From an uncultured Candidatus Saccharibacteria bacterium (GTDB lineage Bacteria > Patescibacteriota > Saccharimonadia > Saccharimonadales > Saccharimonadaceae): DNA of 64,000 nt. The stretch spans positions 25,867-89,866 of the forward strand of contig CAUOLC010000002.1 in NCBI GenBank assembly GCA_963456285.1, written 5' to 3'. Below, in pieces: positions 59,540 to 64,000 of this stretch. The notes under the pieces are model-generated. The model saw only the letters and a list, made by a program, of their open reading frames with translations, ran no database searches and was not told the DNA's origin. The translations under genes were made by a program, and so were the position numbers. Positions within the stretch are counted from its first letter, which is position 1; each line of letters starts with the position of its first letter.

Positions 59540-59881
59540 ATGAACATACAAGATTATGCAGATCAAGCCATCACCACATTATCAGATAACTACGCATACG
59601 GTGACATCAGCCCGCAGCTCATGGGGCAGGTACTAGGGCTAGCTGGTGAATCTGGTGAGGTTGTTGAGAAAATTAAAAAGTTGCTGCGTGACAAGCAGGG
59701 AAAACTTGAGGAGTCAGACAGGGCAGATATCCTCAAAGAGTTGGGAGATATCTTGTGGTATGTCAATGCAGTAGCGCATTTATTGGGGTCAAGCCTGGAA
59801 GACGTAGCGCGGATGAACAACGAGAAACTGTTGAGTCGCAAACAGCGTCATCAGCTACACGGCAGTGGCGATAATCGCTAA
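59540..59881 (+). CDS. MazG-like nucleotide pyrophosphohydrolase
   Basis: LGLAGESGEV.EK.KK..RD, KELGDILWY, N..KL..R....GSGDNR. Confidence 0.87.
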   Translation: MNIQDYADQAITTLSDNYAYGDISPQLMGQVLGLAGESGEVVEKIKKLLRDKQGKLEESDRADILKELGDILWYVNAVAHLLGSSLEDVARMNNEKLLSRKQRHQLHGSGDNR

Positions 59882-61140
59882 GCGTCCAGCGCGGTGGCGT
59901 GTTGTCGCACCCAATGATCAATGGTTCCGGCGCCCATACACAAGACTAATTTGCCAGCGTCGAGCGAAGCAGTGATGTGGTCCCACAGTGCATCATCCAG
60001 CTTGGCAAACGTTACAACATCAGGGCGCGAAGCAACGATGTGGCGTGTTAATTCTTGTGGTGTTAAAACTGGCAAGTCTGGATTTTCGCGGGTCAAATAG
60101 GTTGGTAGCCAATAGATCGTCTCAGCGGCCTCAAAGACATCTGCCGTATATTGCGTCATGATTTCGTGCTGACGAACATTTTGATGCGGCTGGTACACTA
60201 GCACCACGTGGTCCGACAGTTCTTGCGCCAGTTGCAGGGTAGCTTTGATCTCCACTGGGTGGTGACCATAATCTGAATACAGTCCTTCGGCTAATTTCTC
60301 AAATCTACGACCAGCGCCAGGGAATTGGTTGATGCTGGTGATGATGGTTGCTTCATCAGTTTCCGTTATGCGCTTGACTGCCTCCAGGGTTAACATCCCG
60401 TTGCGCCGATTGTGCTCACCAGCCAAGTGAATATCTGGGTTATATTTAGTTAGCACTTGTATATTGTCATCATCAAAGCACGCAGCAGTTTCCTGCCAGG
60501 TGACGACACTTTCAGACTGCCTACCAAAGGTGCGGAAAGCTGCCAGATAATCAGCTTCCGTTGGGTAGGTGTCAGGGTGGTCATAGTCAACTGAAGTGAT
60601 GAGGCTCAGCCATGGTTTGAAATTCAAGAAGTTCCGGTCAAATTCGTCACACTCGTAAATAAAAAATTGACTAGTTGGGTCAAACTTGCCACTTGGTCCA
60701 AAGCTCAAGGCTGAGCCGACCGAATAACTGACTGGAATCCCTAACTGTTGCAGTGTCCACACAATCATACTAGTGGTGGTGGTTTTGCCGTGGGTGCCAG
60801 CGACAGCCACGAGCTTTAGGTTTTTATCAGATATGATGTGTGCCAATAATTCATCGCGTTTGCCGGTTTTGATGCCGAGCTTGTGAGCAAGTACTAACTC
60901 AGGGTGATCTGCCGGCAGAGCTGCGGTATAGACAAACCAATCAAATGGCTGCTTATCGTGCTCTTCCTGTAAAAAAGTTCCTGATTGATCAAGGGTAACG
61001 TGAATGCCGCGTTCCATCAAAGCCGCGGTCAGTGGACTGGCTGATTGGTCTGAGCCACAGACGTCATACCCAGCGTCGTGAGCAATCTCAGCCAATGGTC
61101 CTATGCCGACGCCACCGATTCCTGAAAAATAAATTCGCAT
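59878..61140 (-). CDS. murC: UDP-N-acetylmuramate--L-alanine ligase
   Basis: FSGIGGVG, VAGTHGKTTT, ECDEFD, DYDHPD, DYGHHP.E, YQPHQ. Confidence 0.9.
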   Translation of the reverse strand: MRIYFSGIGGVGIGPLAEIAHDAGYDVCGSDQSASPLTAALMERGIHVTLDQSGTFLQEEHDKQPFDWFVYTAALPADHPELVLAHKLGIKTGKRDELLAHIISDKNLKLVAVAGTHGKTTTTSMIVWTLQQLGIPVSYSVGSALSFGPSGKFDPTSQFFIYECDEFDRNFLNFKPWLSLITSVDYDHPDTYPTEADYLAAFRTFGRQSESVVTWQETAACFDDDNIQVLTKYNPDIHLAGEHNRRNGMLTLEAVKRITETDEATIITSINQFPGAGRRFEKLAEGLYSDYGHHPVEIKATLQLAQELSDHVVLVYQPHQNVRQHEIMTQYTADVFEAAETIYWLPTYLTRENPDLPVLTPQELTRHIVASRPDVVTFAKLDDALWDHITASLDAGKLVLCMGAGTIDHWVRQHATALDA

Positions 61141-61212
61141 GGCTTTATTATACCACTTTCGCCCGCCGCTCGGCATGTGTGCTATACTAAAACTAGATCA
61201 AGAAGGGGTGGA

Positions 61213-61860
61213 ATGACAGATAAACGCAACGTCCGATTCAAAATTCGTCGACTCGAGCAGGTCAAGACATGGCAATTATTGATTGTGTTTGTCATGTTTG
61301 CTTTCATCACAGCAACATTCCTACGCCTCAATAATGTTGGTATGGTGGAGCGTCGTGAAGCGGTGTATACTGCAGATAAGACAGATGATTCGGTTGGCTT
61401 GGCGAGCCGATTGTATGATCTACAGAGGTTTGTAAGCGCTCACATGAATGCCGATCCTGGCAGAGTTGCATTGGTTAAGACGTATGAACGAGACAATGAG
61501 CGGCATAAAAAAGCCTATCAAGAAAGCAGCAACAGTACCGCCAATGGTGATGCATTTCAAAAGGCTGAGGCTGTTTGTGGGCCGATCGCGCGGTCCAACG
61601 GCTGGCGTTGGCCGGATATGCGCTATACAAACTGCATCAACCAAGAATTAGAAAAAATTCCTGGCGGACAAGCGGTGATGAGTGAGTTTAAGCCGTTACC
61701 GGTTGAGCCGTATTACCACACCTTTACCTCGCCCCTCTGGTCACCAGATTTTGCTGGTTGGTCGTTGATTGTCACGGTAATAATCGGTCTTATCATCATA
61801 GGTCGACTCGTGGTCTTGGCTATTCTTCGCTTTATTTTACGCCGCCGAAAGCGTTTTTAG
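61213..61860 (+). CDS. hypothetical 2-TM membrane protein
   Basis: TMs at both ends, extracellular Cys pair, WSPDFAGW. Confidence 0.72.
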   Translation: MTDKRNVRFKIRRLEQVKTWQLLIVFVMFAFITATFLRLNNVGMVERREAVYTADKTDDSVGLASRLYDLQRFVSAHMNADPGRVALVKTYERDNERHKKAYQESSNSTANGDAFQKAEAVCGPIARSNGWRWPDMRYTNCINQELEKIPGGQAVMSEFKPLPVEPYYHTFTSPLWSPDFAGWSLIVTVIIGLIIIGRLVVLAILRFILRRRKRF

Positions 61861-61925
61861 GCTTGACAGGGGCCAACAGGGGTAGTAATCTTATAAGGTA
61901 AAGTACTAATAGGAGGTATTACCAC

Positions 61926-62132
61926 ATGGCTTACAAGCACACTAACTCAAAGGGCGTTACGTACTACTTGCACAAGACTGAAGTAACTCTGCGCGGTGGC
62001 AAGACTCAGACCATCTACTTCTTTGCAAAGGTAGAGAAGAACGACAAGGGTACACCATGCGATCTTCCAGAGGATCGTGTTGTTAAAGAAAATCCACGCA
62101 ACGGTTTCTTGACCATTTCTAAAAAGAAATAA
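61926..62132 (+). CDS. small basic hypothetical protein (68 aa), monocistronic
   Basis: TTGACA(61863)-N17-TAATCT promoter, AGGAGG SD, downstream terminator. Confidence 0.8.
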   Translation: MAYKHTNSKGVTYYLHKTEVTLRGGKTQTIYFFAKVEKNDKGTPCDLPEDRVVKENPRNGFLTISKKK

Positions 62133-62154
62133 TTAGCAATACTCGCAATCAATA

Positions 62155-62189
62155 CAATAGCTCTCCAACAGGGGAGCTATTTGATTTTT
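62155..62189 (+). terminator. intrinsic terminator
   Basis: AATAGCTCTCC-AACA-GGGGAGCTATT followed by T-rich run. Confidence 0.75.
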
Positions 62190-62215
62190 TAGATGTATTA
62201 TGATATAATAAAATC

Positions 62216-62761
62216 ATGAGCGAAATTATGACATCTCATGTTGCTATAACTGATGAAGGGGATGTCGTATACCCCGGGGGAGACCCTGATGTTGATCCAG
62301 ATGAGCTGCAGGCAAGGCTAGACCGAGAAGAGGCTGATCGTGCGACTGAGCAGCGCTATGATGAGCACCTGCGGCAGGCGCACTCTGGTAATTTTACTGA
62401 AAGAAATAAGTCATTAGCAGAGGCTGCACGACTGGCTGGTGCCGCCAACCAATCTGAGGGGGCGGCAAAGAGGTATGCTATGGGTATGGCTGATAAGATC
62501 AGAGGTGCGGCTGAGGCTGCTGAAAGAAGCATCGCTGAACGGCAGAAAGCGCTGGAGCTTGCCAGGATAGCCTGCCGGGCTTGTCCACTAAAAGATTTTT
62601 GTGTGATGGGTCCGACGAGATTGGTTGATGCGCTATCAAAGACAGGAAAGCAGGGCAGCAGTACAAGACGGCGGTTTTTAGACAGAGTTAGAGTTAAAGA
62701 GCCAGCCAATAAGCACTTGTGCGAAGAAAACTTACGACCAGGTAGGTTACCGAAGCAATAA
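62216..62761 (+). CDS. hypothetical protein with CxxCx5C motif
   Basis: 181 aa; TATAAT 6 nt before ATG; ACRACPLKDFC. Confidence 0.65.
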   Translation: MSEIMTSHVAITDEGDVVYPGGDPDVDPDELQARLDREEADRATEQRYDEHLRQAHSGNFTERNKSLAEAARLAGAANQSEGAAKRYAMGMADKIRGAAEAAERSIAERQKALELARIACRACPLKDFCVMGPTRLVDALSKTGKQGSSTRRRFLDRVRVKEPANKHLCEENLRPGRLPKQ

Positions 62762-62801
62762 GGCAAGAAAAAATCCCCTCAGTGATGAGAGAATCTTTTC
62801 T

Positions 62802-62878
62802 TGGTTGCGGGGGTAGGATTTGAACCTACGACCTTTTGGTTATGAGCCAAACGAGCTACCAGGCTGCTCTACCCCGCG
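62802..62878 (-). tRNA. initiator tRNA-fMet(CAT)
   Basis: Reverse complement CGCGGGGTAGAGCAGCCTGGTAGCTCGTTTGGCTCATAACCAAAAGGTCGTAGGTTCAAATCCTACCCCCGCAACCA; C1:A72 mismatch. Confidence 0.92.
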
Positions 62879-62930
62879 GCACATAGATGATTGTAGCATA
62901 GACAAGGAGTATTAGCAAATATCGCCGGTC

Positions 62931-63371
62931 CTAGGACTTCTTTCGGTTGGCTCCAAACAGGAAATTAGTCCATTGCTGGAGGTTGCTTTCGGTTAATTGC
63001 TGCTTGGAAACCGTGGCAGTTTTCTCAGTTTCGACATCGGTCGACGGTACGATCAGCTGTTTTTCACCTGGTGATCCATGGCCCAATCGCTGGCGAACTG
63101 CCAAGTCTTGATATTCAACAGTCTGGTAGTATTTGGCTTCGTATTCAGCTAGCGAAACTTTTAATGTTTCTAACTCGACTTGCTGCTTTTTATTGTCCAG
63201 CAGCTGCTGTAAATGATAATTTCTCTGCATAGCCTCAACCGAACCCCAGGCCCAGCTGAGCGCTATCAAAACCGCTCCAGCGATGATGACGTTGTTGAGC
63301 GTCAAATAATCGTGGCGGATGTGATAGACAAGTCTTCTTAGTTCGTGTTTGTCGAGTTTTTTTATCATCAT
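62931..63371 (-). CDS. septum-formation-initiator (FtsL/DivIC)-like bitopic coiled-coil protein
   Basis: Single TM, coiled coil, AVRQRLG...PGEKQLIV resembling the DivIC AR..LG...PGE motif. Confidence 0.6.
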   Translation of the reverse strand: MMIKKLDKHELRRLVYHIRHDYLTLNNVIIAGAVLIALSWAWGSVEAMQRNYHLQQLLDNKKQQVELETLKVSLAEYEAKYYQTVEYQDLAVRQRLGHGSPGEKQLIVPSTDVETEKTATVSKQQLTESNLQQWTNFLFGANRKKS

Positions 63372-63377
63372 GATGTT

Positions 63378-63453
63378 TGGTGGGGGCGGCTGGGATCGAA
63401 CCAGCGACCAATCGGTTATGAGCCGACTGCTCTAACCCCTGAGCTACGCCCCC
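63378..63453 (-). tRNA. tRNA with CAT anticodon, most likely tRNA-Ile2 (lysidine)
   Basis: Reverse complement GGGGGCGTAGCTCAGGGGTTAGAGCAGTCGGCTCATAACCGATTGGTCGCTGGTTCGATCCCAGCCGCCCCCACCA; Ile-type D-arm. Confidence 0.85.
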
Positions 63454-63487
63454 GCTCCGTTCAGTATATCATAGCTTCGGGGATAAA

Positions 63488-64000
63488 TTATAGTAATTTA
63501 CCAGCGGCAATTCGCGTCGCTTCTGACCAGGAAGTGAAGCAGCTTGGCGTGCTGATGAGCTGTTTGGCGGTTAGGCGATGACGGATGGCGATGCTGAGTT
63601 CACTGATGAGGTCGCTTGCGTGCGGCGCAACAATGGCTGCGCCAATGAGCACGCCCTTTGTGTCGATGATTAGCTTAACAAAGCCATTGCGGCAGTCGGT
63701 GATGTTACTGCGAGCCGTTAGGGTGAGTGGAGCGACAGCTGTTTTGTACCGTAGGTCGCGTTTGATGCATTCTTGTTCATTCAATCCAACCTGAGCAACT
63801 TCAGGGAACGTGAACGCCACCAGTAAGTTTGGCGTTAGGTCAGCTTCGATAGCGGTGCGGTGGGTCAGGTTATGAGCGGCGGTTCGACTTTGAGTCAGGA
63901 CAGCGTGGGTTTGGATGGTTGGATCAGTAATATTGCCAGCAGCAAAGATGTGTCTTGCTGAGGTTTGCATGCGAGCATTGACGGTGATGCCCTGGTGAGT
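63488..64000 (-). CDS. pyridine nucleotide-disulfide oxidoreductase (LpdA/MerA-like), C-terminal part; gene starts beyond the window
   Basis: TS..HIFAAG, FT.PEVAQVGL.E, GFVKLI, LIGAAIV...ASDLISE dimerisation domain. Confidence 0.8.
   Translation of the reverse strand, partial: THQGITVNARMQTSARHIFAAGNITDPTIQTHAVLTQSRTAAHNLTHRTAIEADLTPNLLVAFTFPEVAQVGLNEQECIKRDLRYKTAVAPLTLTARSNITDCRNGFVKLIIDTKGVLIGAAIVAPHASDLISELSIAIRHRLTAKQLISTPSCFTSWSEATRIAAGKLL

Noticed and set aside
1..64000. CRISPR array, rRNA, integrase/transposase or prophage genes
   Set aside because: No regularly spaced repeats and no recognisable motifs; the AT-rich inserts have no visible terminal repeats or mobility genes

Overview
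Bacterial chromosomal window, inferred to come from a host-associated (oral-type) Saccharibacteria/TM7 (CPR) genome. The inference rests on compact gene packing, an arcA-arcB-arcD-arcC cassette, a cluster-less MutY and pervasive -10-box-adjacent start codons; it is not proven from the sequence. Left to right: an AT-rich insert that appears to truncate a PKD-domain surface protein gene; an actinobacterial-style C50 carotenoid operon (crtB-crtI-crtYe/f-like-crtEb) coupled to radC; a defence hotspot (Type III R-M mod/res carrying a GHKL-ATPase/nuclease fusion, RhuM and hypothetical cargo, plus a Type I HsdR remnant); a PgdA-like deacetylase, DsbA-like proteins and a PadR-regulated ABC exporter with a palindromic operator; an N-domain-less ClpB; amino-acid and multidrug ABC transporters; tRNA-Pro; an AT-rich two-gene cassette (possible capsid-fold protein plus PD-(D/E)XK nuclease) that is a candidate new defence system; the arginine deiminase operon; two CorA paralogs; a stand-alone promoter/structured-leader/30-aa sORF/terminator unit; aspS, GH5 glucanase, NUDIX/CYTH/MazG enzymes, mutY, mscS, trmB, murC; an initiator tRNA with a non-canonical anticodon stem, tRNA-Ile2, and a partial flavin-disulfide oxidoreductase. 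No CRISPR array, rRNA, integrase or transposase was seen. All protein assignments come from motif recognition by eye, not from database searches.
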